Shown piece by piece: positions 1 through 7,989 of a stretch of DNA of 64,000 nt (its first letter is position 1; every line of letters begins with the position of its first letter). Made by a program: the position numbers and the translations under genes. The notes under the pieces were generated by a model. It worked only from the letters and a program-made list of their open reading frames with translations, was not told where the DNA came from and searched no databases. Source of the stretch: Candidatus Eiseniibacteriota bacterium (GTDB lineage: Bacteria; Eisenbacteria; RBG-16-71-46; DASYSL01); NCBI GenBank assembly GCA_046598045.1, contig JBKJJJ010000113.1, positions 800 to 64,799 of the forward strand, written 5' to 3'.

Positions 1-1080
1 CGTCTCGTCTACGTGAAGGACGGCGCGCTACTGGCCCGCAAGTTCGACCCGAACTCCGGAAAGCTCCTCGGCGAACCGCTCGTCATCGGCGAGAACGCGG
101 GCTCGACCAGCAACACGCAGGCGTTTTCCACGTCGAGTGTCGGCGCGATCGCCTACCAGAGCACGGGGCAGGGCGACACGCAGCGGATCGCGCGCTTCGA
201 CCGCGCGGGCAAGCGCCTCGGCACGGTTCTCGAGCCGACGGTGTACTCGAGCCTGTCGCTTTCCCCGGACGGACACCGCCTGGCGATCTCCGCGCGCGAC
301 GCGCAGGCCACGAAGAGCGATCTCTGGATCGTCGACCTCGATCGCAGCATCCGGACCAAGTTCACGTTCGACCCCGGCGACGAGATCTGGCCCGTGTGGT
401 CCCCGGACGGACAGACGATCGCGTTCGCCTCGGATCGCAGTGGCGTGTACCGCATCATGGTCAAGCCCGTCTCGGGCCTGGTCGACGAGAAGGAGCTACC
501 CGGCCAGGTCGGCGCCCACGTCGGGCCGGTCCAGTGGTCGGACGACGGGGCGTGGATCACGGCGATGCAGATCGGCGAGGTGGGGGACTGGAACGCGCTC
601 GTCTACCCGGCTACTGACTTGAGCAAGCCGGTCGTGCTCGCGGCGACGACGTTCAACGAGATGGGACCCGTGATCTCGGCGGATGGAAGGTTCGTCGCGT
701 ACTCGACGAACGAGTCCGGCGCGAACGAAGTCTACGTGCAGACGTTTCCCAAGGCGACCGGTCGCTGGCAGGTGTCGACGGCGCACGGGCTCTACCCGTT
801 CTGGGCGGCGGGCGACAGGGAGCTGATCTACCGCCAGACCGGCGGGCAGGTGGTCAGCGCCCCGGTGACGATGAGCGCGGCCGGCGCACTCCAGCCGGGT
901 GCGCCGGTCCTCCTGTTCCAGGGGTTCACGCTGACCTCGAACCCCGGCCGGTGGTGCGTCTCGCGCGACGGTAAGGAGATCTTCCTGCTTGAGCCCGCCG
1001 GCGCGTCCTCCGGCAAGGTCACGCCGATCATCGTGATCCTCGATGCGGGCGCGGAATTGGCGGAGAAGGCGAAGCATTGA
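1..1080 (+). CDS. TolB-like / PD40 (WD40-like) beta-propeller repeat protein, C-terminal part. The frame is open to base 1, so the 5' end lies outside the window.
   Basis: Repeated PD40-type motifs in ORF 13..1080 (LSPDGHRLAIS, WSPDGQTIAFASDRSG, ISADGRFVAYSTNESGANEVYV). The frame continues upstream of the first start codon (RLVYVKDG...). Confidence 0.75.
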   Translation, partial: RLVYVKDGALLARKFDPNSGKLLGEPLVIGENAGSTSNTQAFSTSSVGAIAYQSTGQGDTQRIARFDRAGKRLGTVLEPTVYSSLSLSPDGHRLAISARDAQATKSDLWIVDLDRSIRTKFTFDPGDEIWPVWSPDGQTIAFASDRSGVYRIMVKPVSGLVDEKELPGQVGAHVGPVQWSDDGAWITAMQIGEVGDWNALVYPATDLSKPVVLAATTFNEMGPVISADGRFVAYSTNESGANEVYVQTFPKATGRWQVSTAHGLYPFWAAGDRELIYRQTGGQVVSAPVTMSAAGALQPGAPVLLFQGFTLTSNPGRWCVSRDGKEIFLLEPAGASSGKVTPIIVILDAGAELAEKAKH

Positions 1081-1086
1081 CAATCA

Positions 1087-1111
1087 GACCAGATCAGGTC
1101 ATGATCTGGTC
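1087..1111. promoter_or_regulatory. Inverted repeat GACCAGATC-N7-GATCTGGTC abutting the antitoxin start codon; candidate autoregulatory operator of the TA module
   Basis: Perfect 9-bp arms at 1087-1095 and 1103-1111, ending 1 nt before the ATG at 1112. TA operons are typically autoregulated at such palindromes. Confidence 0.4.
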
Positions 1112-1384
1112 ATGAAACAGGTCAAGATCTCCGATCTAAAGAGCGGGCTCTCCGGCTACCTGCACGAAGTGCGGCGTGGCGAAGTGATCGTGGTCATGGA
1201 TCGCAAGACCCCGGTCGCGCGCGTGGTTGCTTATGAAGCAACCCGGGGCGAAATCGTCATACGTGCGCGCAAGGAGGGAGCGCCACTATTCCGCGATCTC
1301 CCGATTCCACCCCCGCTGCCCCTGGAGATCGACGTGCTACGGATACTGGATGAGGACCGCGCGGATCGGGATCTTCTAGGGTGA
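1112..1384 (+). CDS. Type II antitoxin, Phd/YefM (prevent-host-death) family
   Basis: MKQVKISDLKSGLSGYLHEVRRGEVIVVMDRKTPVARVV is a typical Phd/YefM N-terminus. It is about 90 aa, and its stop overlaps the GTG of the downstream PIN gene (GTGA at 1381-1384). Local GC is lower than the flanks. Confidence 0.75.
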   Translation: MKQVKISDLKSGLSGYLHEVRRGEVIVVMDRKTPVARVVAYEATRGEIVIRARKEGAPLFRDLPIPPPLPLEIDVLRILDEDRADRDLLG

Positions 1385-1800
1385 TCACATACCTCGATTC
1401 CTCGGTCATCGTGCGGCGTGTGCTTGATGAGCCCGGCCACGAGCTCGATTGGTCGCAGATCGACGAGACCGCCTCGAGCTCCTTGGCCGAGGTTGAATGC
1501 TTTCGCGCCTTGGACCGTCTCCGGCTGATCCACGCGATTGACGATGTGGCGCACGCTCGTTTGCGAGAGCAGATGTTCCGAGCATTCGAGACGTGTGAGA
1601 TTCTCGAAGTCAGCCGTGCCGTGTTCGAGCGGGCCGCGATGCCATTCCCGACCATTCTTCGCACGTTGGACGCCCTTCACCTGGCGACAATTTTGTTGTA
1701 CCGAGAGGCCAAGGGCACCCCGGTACGCATGGCGACCCATGACCGAGCGCTTGCCCGGGCCTGTCGCGCCATGGGGGTCGAGGCCATCGGCGCGGCTTGA
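1381..1800 (+). CDS. vapC: PIN-domain ribonuclease toxin (VapC family)
   Basis: N-terminal ITYLDSSVIV with the conserved acidic residue. It is about 139 aa with PIN-like spacing of acidic residues, and is translationally coupled to the upstream antitoxin. Confidence 0.8.
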   Translation: MITYLDSSVIVRRVLDEPGHELDWSQIDETASSSLAEVECFRALDRLRLIHAIDDVAHARLREQMFRAFETCEILEVSRAVFERAAMPFPTILRTLDALHLATILLYREAKGTPVRMATHDRALARACRAMGVEAIGAA

Positions 1801-1891
1801 CTTGCGTCCCATCCCGCCCCTAAGATGCCGGCTGCATCGCCGAACCGGGCTGGATCGCTCAGTCCGTTGCGGCACAAAAACTTGAAGGCCT

Positions 1892-1967
1892 GGGGATGTA
1901 GCTCAGTTGGGAGAGCGCCTCGTTCGCAACGAGGAGGTCGTCGGTTCGATCCCGATCATCTCCACCA
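1892..1967 (+). tRNA. tRNA-Ala (anticodon CGC), CCA encoded
   Basis: Cloverleaf read by hand: acceptor GGGGATG/CATCTCC with the G3:U70 alanine identity pair, D-arm GCTC/GAGC, anticodon stem CCTCG/CGAGG with loop TTCGCAA, T-loop GGTTCGATCC, 3' CCA. Confidence 0.9.
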
Positions 1968-2018
1968 TGCCGTTCCCGCCCGTTCGTGCCTGGTTGAGGC
2001 CGGCGGCCGGGGTCCGAT

Positions 2019-2117
2019 GGGGCCAGGCCTCGCACGACCCGAGTTTGTGAACCCCGTCAGGACCGGAAGGTAGCAGCGGTAAGCGAACCCTCGGGGGCGT
2101 TGCGGGTCCCCTGGCCC
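2019..2117 (+). ncRNA. ffs: Small (4.5S-type) signal recognition particle RNA
   Basis: GUCAGGACCGGAAGGUAGCAGC matches the universally conserved SRP domain IV motif (E. coli GUCAGGUCCGGAAGGAAGCAGC). The ends pair (GGGGCCAGG / CCTGGCCC) and are followed by TTTTTT. Its position immediately upstream of dnaX matches B. subtilis scr-dnaX. Confidence 0.8.
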
Positions 2118-2154
2118 TTTTTTCTTTCCTGCCTCGACCCAGAGCCGCGCGACC

Positions 2155-4236
2155 GTGCCCAAGACGCCGCCCAAGAGCCAGGCCACCGCCGACGTCCCGG
2201 CCGCGGATCCTTCCGCGCCCTCGGACCACCGCGCGCTCGCGCTGGCGTATCGCCCGCAGACGTTCGACGACGTCGCCGGGCAGCGCCACGTCACCGACGT
2301 GCTGGCGAAGGCGGTCGAACACAACCGCGTCGCGCACGCGTACCTGTTCAGCGGCCCGCGCGGCACCGGCAAGACCACGACCGCGCGCATCCTCGCCAAG
2401 GTGCTCAACTGCCCGAACCGCGTGGGCACCGCCCCGTGCAACGTGTGCGACACCTGCCGCGACATCACGAGCGGCGTCTCGCTCGACGTGGTCGAGATTG
2501 ACGGCGCGAGCAACCGCGGCATCGCCGACATCCAGCAGCTGCGCGAGGCGGTGCGCTTCGCCGCCACCGGCGGGCGCTCGAAGGTCTACATCATCGACGA
2601 GGTCCACCAGCTCTCGGGCGACGCGTTCGCGGCGCTGCTCAAGACGCTCGAGGAGCCGCCGCCGCACGTGGTGTTCATCTTCGCCACCACCGATCCGCTC
2701 AAGCTGCCCGACACCATCCGCTCGCGCACGCAGCGCTACGAGTTCGCGCGCGTCGCGGTCAAGACGATCGCCGAGCGGCTCAAGACCATCGCTGCGCTCG
2801 AGACCCAGGCCGGCCGCACGCTCGAGCTCACCGATGCCGCCGCGCTCCTGATCGCGCGCAAGGCCGAGGGCGGGCTGCGCGACGCGGTGTCGGCGCTCGA
2901 CCAGGTGGCCTCGACCGGGCGCACGACGATCGACGAGGCGACCGTGTCCGAGGTGCTCGGGCTGGTCTCGCGCGAGGCGTTCTTCGACCTCGCCGAGCCG
3001 ATGTTCGCGCGCGATCCGGCGGCGACGCTCGCGGCGCTCCACCGCGCCTACGCGGGCGGGTTCGATCCCAAGGACCTCGCCGACGGGCTGCTCGAGCACC
3101 TGCGCAACGTGCTCGTGCTCAAGGTCGACCCCGCGGCCGGCGACCTGCTCGCGGCGACGACCGAGGAGTGCGCGCGCTACATCGATCAAGGCAAAGAGCA
3201 CTCGAGCGCCGACGTGCTGCGCCTCGTGCGCATCACGACCGACACCATCGGCCTCCTGCGCGAGGCCTCCCAGCCGCTGCTCCACCTCGAGGCCGCGCTG
3301 CTCGAGATGGCGCACCTCGAGCCCGGCCGGACCCTCGCCGAGATCCTCGACCGCCTCGAGGCGATCGAGGGCGACGCGCCCGCGCCCGCGCCTTCGGGCG
3401 GGGGAGCGCGCCCGCAGACCGCGCCCGCGCCCGCGCCTGCGCGCCCGATGCCGCCGGCGAGCCCCGCGCGCTCGTACGAAGCGCCGCGCATCGCCTCATC
3501 GCCGCCTCCGACAGCCGCGCCTTATGCGCCGCCGCCGCCCGCGACGCGCCCCTCGATCCTGGGGCTCGATGCCGTGCGCCCGGCCGCGCCCGCGCGCCCG
3601 CCGCGTGCGCTCGAAGGCGGCCCGCCGCCCGCGCCCGCCGACTTCGACACGCCCGGACTGTGGCAGCGCGTGGTCGAGCTCGTGCTTCAGCGCAAGCGCA
3701 TGCTCGGCCACTTCCTCGAGACCGCGCGCGTGCCCGGCTGGCAGGACCAGGTGGTCGTGCTCGAGGTCGATCCGGCGCATCGCGGGCTGATCGAGCACAA
3801 GGACAACCGCGCCGTCCTGGTCGCCGCGTTGGCGGAGGTCTACGGACGACCGCTCGATTACCGCTGCGTCGACGCCGCGCCCGGCACGACGGCGCCGCCG
3901 GCCGCCTCGACGCCGCCCGCCGCGAAGAGCGCGCCGCCGGCATCCGCATCCGCATCCGCGCCGAAGCTCGCAATCACCGCACCGCCCGAGGACGAGGCGC
4001 CGCCGCTCGCGGAGCCGCCGCCGGGATTCGTCGACGAGGCCTCCGGCCACGAGGCGTCCCAGGTCGCGCCGCCGGCGGGCCCCGCGACGACGGCCGCGGC
4101 GGAGCCTGCGCGCCGCAAGCACCCGGCCGAGCTCTCGCCGGAGGCGCGCAACACTATGCTATGGTTGGAGGGCGAAATCGTCGGGCCCGCGCGGCCGACG
4201 CCGCCTGCGCAACCTGTGAGGCCAACCGGACGATGA
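2155..4236 (+). CDS. dnaX: DNA polymerase III subunit gamma/tau
   Basis: YRPQTFDDVAGQRHV, the Walker A motif GPRGTGKTTTARILAK, the zinc module CNVCDTCRDI and the box VYIIDEVHQLS. A long Pro/Ala-rich linker precedes the C-terminal tau-like domain. Confidence 0.9.
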   Translation: MPKTPPKSQATADVPAADPSAPSDHRALALAYRPQTFDDVAGQRHVTDVLAKAVEHNRVAHAYLFSGPRGTGKTTTARILAKVLNCPNRVGTAPCNVCDTCRDITSGVSLDVVEIDGASNRGIADIQQLREAVRFAATGGRSKVYIIDEVHQLSGDAFAALLKTLEEPPPHVVFIFATTDPLKLPDTIRSRTQRYEFARVAVKTIAERLKTIAALETQAGRTLELTDAAALLIARKAEGGLRDAVSALDQVASTGRTTIDEATVSEVLGLVSREAFFDLAEPMFARDPAATLAALHRAYAGGFDPKDLADGLLEHLRNVLVLKVDPAAGDLLAATTEECARYIDQGKEHSSADVLRLVRITTDTIGLLREASQPLLHLEAALLEMAHLEPGRTLAEILDRLEAIEGDAPAPAPSGGGARPQTAPAPAPARPMPPASPARSYEAPRIASSPPPTAAPYAPPPPATRPSILGLDAVRPAAPARPPRALEGGPPPAPADFDTPGLWQRVVELVLQRKRMLGHFLETARVPGWQDQVVVLEVDPAHRGLIEHKDNRAVLVAALAEVYGRPLDYRCVDAAPGTTAPPAASTPPAAKSAPPASASASAPKLAITAPPEDEAPPLAEPPPGFVDEASGHEASQVAPPAGPATTAAAEPARRKHPAELSPEARNTMLWLEGEIVGPARPTPPAQPVRPTGR

Positions 4237-4553
4237 AGAACCTCAATATCGCCGCCATGATGAAGCAGGCCCAGATGATGCAGTCCCGCATGCAGGAGGT
4301 GCAGGACGAGGTCGGCCAGAAGACGGTCGAGGCCTCGGCGGGCGGCGGCATGGTCAACGTCACGGCGAACGGCAAGGGCGAGGTGATCGCGATCAAGATC
4401 GACCCCAAGGCCATCGACGCCGCCGACATCGAAATGCTCGAGGACCTCGTGCTCGCGGCCGTCAACGAGGCGCACCGCCGGGCCGAAGAGATGATGAAGT
4501 CCGCGCTCTCCAAGGTCGCGGGCCCGCTCGGCGGCGGCTTCCCGTTCTCCTGA
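4233..4553 (+). CDS. ebfC: Nucleoid-associated protein YbaB/EbfC
   Basis: MKNLNIAAMMKQAQMMQSRMQEVQDEV...VNVTANGKGEVIAIKIDPKAID...LEDLVLAAVNEA is the canonical YbaB family sequence. It sits in the conserved dnaX-ybaB-recR position. The ATG overlaps the dnaX stop (ATGA). Confidence 0.9.
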   Translation: MKNLNIAAMMKQAQMMQSRMQEVQDEVGQKTVEASAGGGMVNVTANGKGEVIAIKIDPKAIDAADIEMLEDLVLAAVNEAHRRAEEMMKSALSKVAGPLGGGFPFS

Positions 4554-4604
4554 GGCTGGCCCGGAGCGCGTCCCCGCGCCCAACCTGAGCCGCCGAAAGC
4601 CGCC

Positions 4605-5243
4605 ATGTCCCTGTCGAGCCGCTTTCTCGAAAACCTGATCGACGAGTTCTCGCGCCTGCCGTCCATCGGACGGAAGACCGCGCAGCGCCTCGCGCTGCAC
4701 GTGCTCAAGAGCCCCCGCGAGGAGGCTGCGCGCCTCGCCGAGGCCATCCTGCTGGTCAAGGACCGCGTGGGTTTCTGCTCGCTGTGCGGCAACTACGCCG
4801 AGCAGGACCCGTGCCCGCTGTGCGCCGACCCGCGCCGCGACCACGCGCTGGTGTGCGTGGTCGAGCAGCCGGTCGACGTGCTGGCGATCGAGCGCACGGC
4901 CTCGTTCCGCGGCCTCTACCACGTGCTGCGCGGCGTGCTCTCGCCGCTCGACGGCACCGGCCCCGAGGACCTGCGCGTGCGCGAGCTGCTCGGCCGGCTC
5001 AATGGCGGCGCGCACGGCAGCGTCGCCGAGGGCACCCCGGGCGCGGCGGTGAAGGAGGTCATCCTCGCGACCAATCCCACGGTCAACGGCGAGGCCACCG
5101 CGATGTACCTGCAGAAGCTCCTGATCCCGCTCGGCGTGCGCGTGACGCGCATCGCGCGCGGCGTGCCGGTCGGCTCCGACCTCGAGTACTCGGACGTGGT
5201 GACCCTCGCGCGCGCGCTCGAAGGTCGCAACGACATGGACTAG
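4605..5243 (+). CDS. recR: Recombination protein RecR
   Basis: LIDEFSRLPSIGRKTAQRLALHVL (HhH), the C4 zinc finger CSLCGNYAEQDPCPLC and the Toprim segment VCVVEQPVDVLAIERT. Confidence 0.95.
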   Translation: MSLSSRFLENLIDEFSRLPSIGRKTAQRLALHVLKSPREEAARLAEAILLVKDRVGFCSLCGNYAEQDPCPLCADPRRDHALVCVVEQPVDVLAIERTASFRGLYHVLRGVLSPLDGTGPEDLRVRELLGRLNGGAHGSVAEGTPGAAVKEVILATNPTVNGEATAMYLQKLLIPLGVRVTRIARGVPVGSDLEYSDVVTLARALEGRNDMD

Positions 5244-5252
5244 GACCGTGGC

Positions 5253-5625
5253 ATGGCCGGCCGCCGGACCTCGCACTCCCTGATCGAGCAGCAACTCGGC
5301 GCCGGCCTTCCGGCGCGAGCGCCTGGTGCGCGAGGCGAGGGCCTCGGCGCGGCTCCAGCACCCCTCGATCGCGACCTTCCACGAAGCGGGGGAGGTGGAC
5401 GGGGAGGTCTTCCTCGCGCTCGAGTATGTCGAGGGCGAGATGCTCAGGGCGCGGCTCGCGCGCGGGCCGCTCGCGCCGGCGGAGGCGATCGCGATCGCGT
5501 GCGCGCTGCTCGACTTCGGGCTCGCGCGCACCGCGCATGCACTCGGGCGGACCTCCGAAGCGGCCGATCTCGACACGCGCGCGGCTCTCGCCGCCCGGGT
5601 CACGCGCCAAGCGACAGCAAGTTAA
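5253..5625 (+). pseudogene. Decayed remnant of a Hanks-type Ser/Thr protein kinase domain (internal deletions and a frame change)
   Basis: Frame 1 gives ...LIEQQLGAG (glycine-loop start). After a frame shift the sequence reads FRRERLVREARASARLQHPSIATFHEAGEVDGEVFLALEYVEGEMLRARL...AIAIACALLDFGLAR. The VAIK lysine segment and the HRD catalytic loop are missing, and DFG follows directly after the alpha-E-like segment. Confidence 0.55.
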
Positions 5626-5774
5626 CTCTCCATATTTGAACTATTTGCTTGTGCGGCGAGCGCGCTCTCTCCTATAAACCATGCAACAGCCCGACGCGCT
5701 TCCCGTGAGGAGCGCTTCGAGCGCGGGTTCATTGTCCGCGCGCGAACCACCACCGCAGGGCTGCGGGGGGAGTC

Positions 5775-6338
5775 ATGGCGAACTGGGCGTTGTTCGAAGA
5801 GGATTTTCGGGCCGTCGACGCGGTGCTCACTGAGCTCCTGCGCCGCACGCATGCCCTCAGCGTCCACCTGATCGACCGCTCGGGGACGCTCATCACGAGC
5901 GCCGGCGCCGACTCGGATTTCGATCTGCCGACGTTCGCCTCGCTCGCGGCGGCCGACGTCTCGGCCAACGCCGAGCTCGGCAATCTCTTCGGCAAGCAGG
6001 ACCTCGACACGGTCGTATTCCTCGGCGAGCCGCGTTCGATGGCCTCGACGCTGATCGGCGAGCGCATCATCCTGTGCGTGATCTTCGACAAGAAGTCGAC
6101 GCTCGGGCTGGTCCGGCTGCGCGCCAAGCGCGCCGTTCGTGACCTGCAACCTGTGTTTCACGCGCTGTTCGAGCGGCTCGGCTTGACGCCGCCCGCCGAG
6201 GTGCCGGCCACCGCGCTCGATCTCGGCGCGTACGATCCCGAGGCTGCGTTCCGGGTCGAGGCCTCGCGCCGCGTCGACGAGTTGCTGGGCGGCATGTTCG
6301 ATGGACCGTCGCTCGGCGTGGACCCAATCCAGGACTGA
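5775..6338 (+). CDS. mglB: Roadblock/LC7-domain protein (MglB-like GTPase-activating partner)
   Basis: Roadblock-like core (ALSVHLIDRSGTLITSAG...ERIILCVIFDKKSTLGLVRL), lying immediately upstream of an MglA-type GTPase. Confidence 0.7.
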   Translation: MANWALFEEDFRAVDAVLTELLRRTHALSVHLIDRSGTLITSAGADSDFDLPTFASLAAADVSANAELGNLFGKQDLDTVVFLGEPRSMASTLIGERIILCVIFDKKSTLGLVRLRAKRAVRDLQPVFHALFERLGLTPPAEVPATALDLGAYDPEAAFRVEASRRVDELLGGMFDGPSLGVDPIQD

Positions 6339-6366
6339 GCGCAGGCTCGGAAAGAGGGGGAACGGC

Positions 6367-7149
6367 TTGGCGATCCTGAACGCCCGCGCGGGCACGCTGG
6401 GGCTCAAGATCGTCTACGTGGGCGCCGCGATGAGCGGCAAGACCACGAACCTCGTCCACCTCCACAAGACCCTCCCCCCCGATCGCCGCGGCCGGCTCAC
6501 CAGCCTCTCAGGCGACGGCGAGCGCACCCTCTTCTTCGACTTCATGGCGTTCGAACTCGGCGTCGTCGCCGGGCTCAAGACCCACTTCCATCTCTATACC
6601 GTGCCGGGCCAGCCCGAGCTCATGGCCTCGCGCCGCATGGTGCTGCGCGGGGCCGACGCACTCGTGGTCGTGGTCGACTCGGATCCCCGGCGCCTGCTCG
6701 AGAACAAGCACGCGCTCGCCGACGTCGACGTCGCGCTCGAGGCGCTCGGCCAGGACCAGGCCGCGATCCCGCGCGTCTACCAGTTCAACAAGCGCGACCT
6801 GCCCGACGCGGTGCCGCTGTTCGAGCTCGACAAGGAGCTCAACCCGCGCCGCTGGCCCGCGTTCGCCGCCAAGGCGATCGAGGGCGAGGGCGTGAAGGAC
6901 TGCCTGCAGGTGATCTTCAAGCTCGCGATCTCGCACATCGGGCGCTCGCGCCAGGCCCCGGCTGTCGCACCGGCCGCGCCCGCGCCGTTCGCCGCGCCGA
7001 TAGCCGCGCCGATAGCCGCGCCGATTGCCGCCCCGTTCGCCGCCCCGGAGCGCCCGCGCTCGCCGCACGCCGGCCCCGGTCGCCCGCCCTCGAAGCCGCG
7101 ACCCGTGATGCCGGTCGGGCGCCCGCGATGGACCGACTCGCCCGCCTAG
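6367..7149 (+). CDS. mglA: MglA-family Ras-like small GTPase with an approximately 80-aa Pro/Ala-rich C-terminal extension
   Basis: LKIVYVGAAMSGKTTNL (P-loop), ERTLFFDF, FHLYTVPGQ (switch II), VVVVDSD and QFNKRDL (NKxD) align along the full length of Myxococcus MglA. A TTG start at 6367 follows GAGGGGGA. The ATG listed at 6301 would overlap mglB. Confidence 0.85.
   Translation: MAILNARAGTLGLKIVYVGAAMSGKTTNLVHLHKTLPPDRRGRLTSLSGDGERTLFFDFMAFELGVVAGLKTHFHLYTVPGQPELMASRRMVLRGADALVVVVDSDPRRLLENKHALADVDVALEALGQDQAAIPRVYQFNKRDLPDAVPLFELDKELNPRRWPAFAAKAIEGEGVKDCLQVIFKLAISHIGRSRQAPAVAPAAPAPFAAPIAAPIAAPIAAPFAAPERPRSPHAGPGRPPSKPRPVMPVGRPRWTDSPA
6991..7038 (+). repeat. In-frame 12-nt tandem repeat (GCCGCGCCGATA-like, about 4 units) encoding (AAPI)n in the MglA tail
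   Basis: gccgcgccgata / gccgcgccgata / gccgcgccgatt / gccgccccgttc read directly from the sequence. Confidence 0.6.
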
Positions 7150-7598
7150 TCGCGACCTTCTTCGGGAGCGGATTCTTCCCGATCGCACCGGCCACGTTCG
7201 CGAGCGCGATCGTAGCCGGGCTCCTGTTCGTCGCGGGCTCGGGGCCGCAGGGCCGCGGCCACCCGCTGATCGAGGGCCTGGTCATCCTCGCGCTGTTCCC
7301 GATCTCGATCGCCAGCGCGCACGTGGCCGAGAAGTCGCTCGGACATGACGCCTCGCCGATCGTGATCGACGAGGTGCTCGGCCAGATGATCACGCTCTGG
7401 TTCGTGCCGCGCACGTGGCCCTTTGTTCTCGCCGCCTTCCTGCTGTTTCGCCTGTTCGATATCTGGAAGCCGCTGCTCGCGAACGAGGCTCAGAAACTCC
7501 CGGGCGGCTGGGGCATCGTGCTCGACGACGTCGTCGCTGGGATCTATGGGGCGATCGTGCTGCAAGCCTTCCTCTGGTGGCGCCCCGGGTTCCACTAG
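7128..7598 (+). CDS. pgpA: Phosphatidylglycerophosphatase A
   Basis: FFGSGFFPIAPATFAS, IVIDEVLGQMITLW, RLFDIWKP and GWGIVLDDVVAGIYG are hallmark PgpA motifs. The gene overlaps the mglA end by 22 nt. Confidence 0.85.
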   Translation: MDRLARLVATFFGSGFFPIAPATFASAIVAGLLFVAGSGPQGRGHPLIEGLVILALFPISIASAHVAEKSLGHDASPIVIDEVLGQMITLWFVPRTWPFVLAAFLLFRLFDIWKPLLANEAQKLPGGWGIVLDDVVAGIYGAIVLQAFLWWRPGFH

Positions 7599-7737
7599 AT
7601 CTCGGCTCGCCAATCTAACGAATCACGCGCCCATCGGCTCCGTCTCCCCGATGGTGTAAACTGGCTTTCGCAGTAAGAGCGTCCCCGCTCGGCCCGATCC
7701 GATGACCCGTCCAAATCGATCAAGAAAGAGGCCAGCT

Positions 7738-7989
7738 ATGTCCGAGGTCAAGGGAATCGCCTGCGAAATTTCGAAGGGGATGTTCAGCGACGAAGTCGTC
7801 GTGCGGATCCACGTACGCGGCCAAGATGTGTCGTTCTTCGTGCCGAGTGAGTTTGTCCGGCGCGACGGGGAGAGCTCGGGCAGACTCTCGGTTCAAGTCG
7901 TTCGCAACGAGTCCCAGCCTTGGGCGATCGTCCCCAATGAATCGAGGACGACGATTCCGGTGTCCGAAGGCGACTTGGTCGAGGCGTGA
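7738..7989 (+). CDS. Hypothetical small protein (83 aa), no recognisable family
   Basis: ATG at 7738 preceded by AAGAAAGAGG. Its stop overlaps the GTG of the downstream dcd-like gene (GTGA at 7986-7989). The region is visibly lower in GC than the flanks. Confidence 0.5.
   Translation: MSEVKGIACEISKGMFSDEVVVRIHVRGQDVSFFVPSEFVRRDGESSGRLSVQVVRNESQPWAIVPNESRTTIPVSEGDLVEA

Noticed and set aside
2155-4236. A programmed ribosomal frameshift site in dnaX (gamma subunit production).
   Set aside because: No A-AAA-AAG-type slippery heptamer or obvious downstream stem-loop was seen in the linker region, so there is nothing to support it.
5326-5625. The 99-aa ORF as a functional small kinase-like protein.
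   Set aside because: It lacks the catalytic Lys, the HRD loop and everything after DFG, and the glycine-loop fragment is in another frame. It was called as a pseudogene remnant instead.
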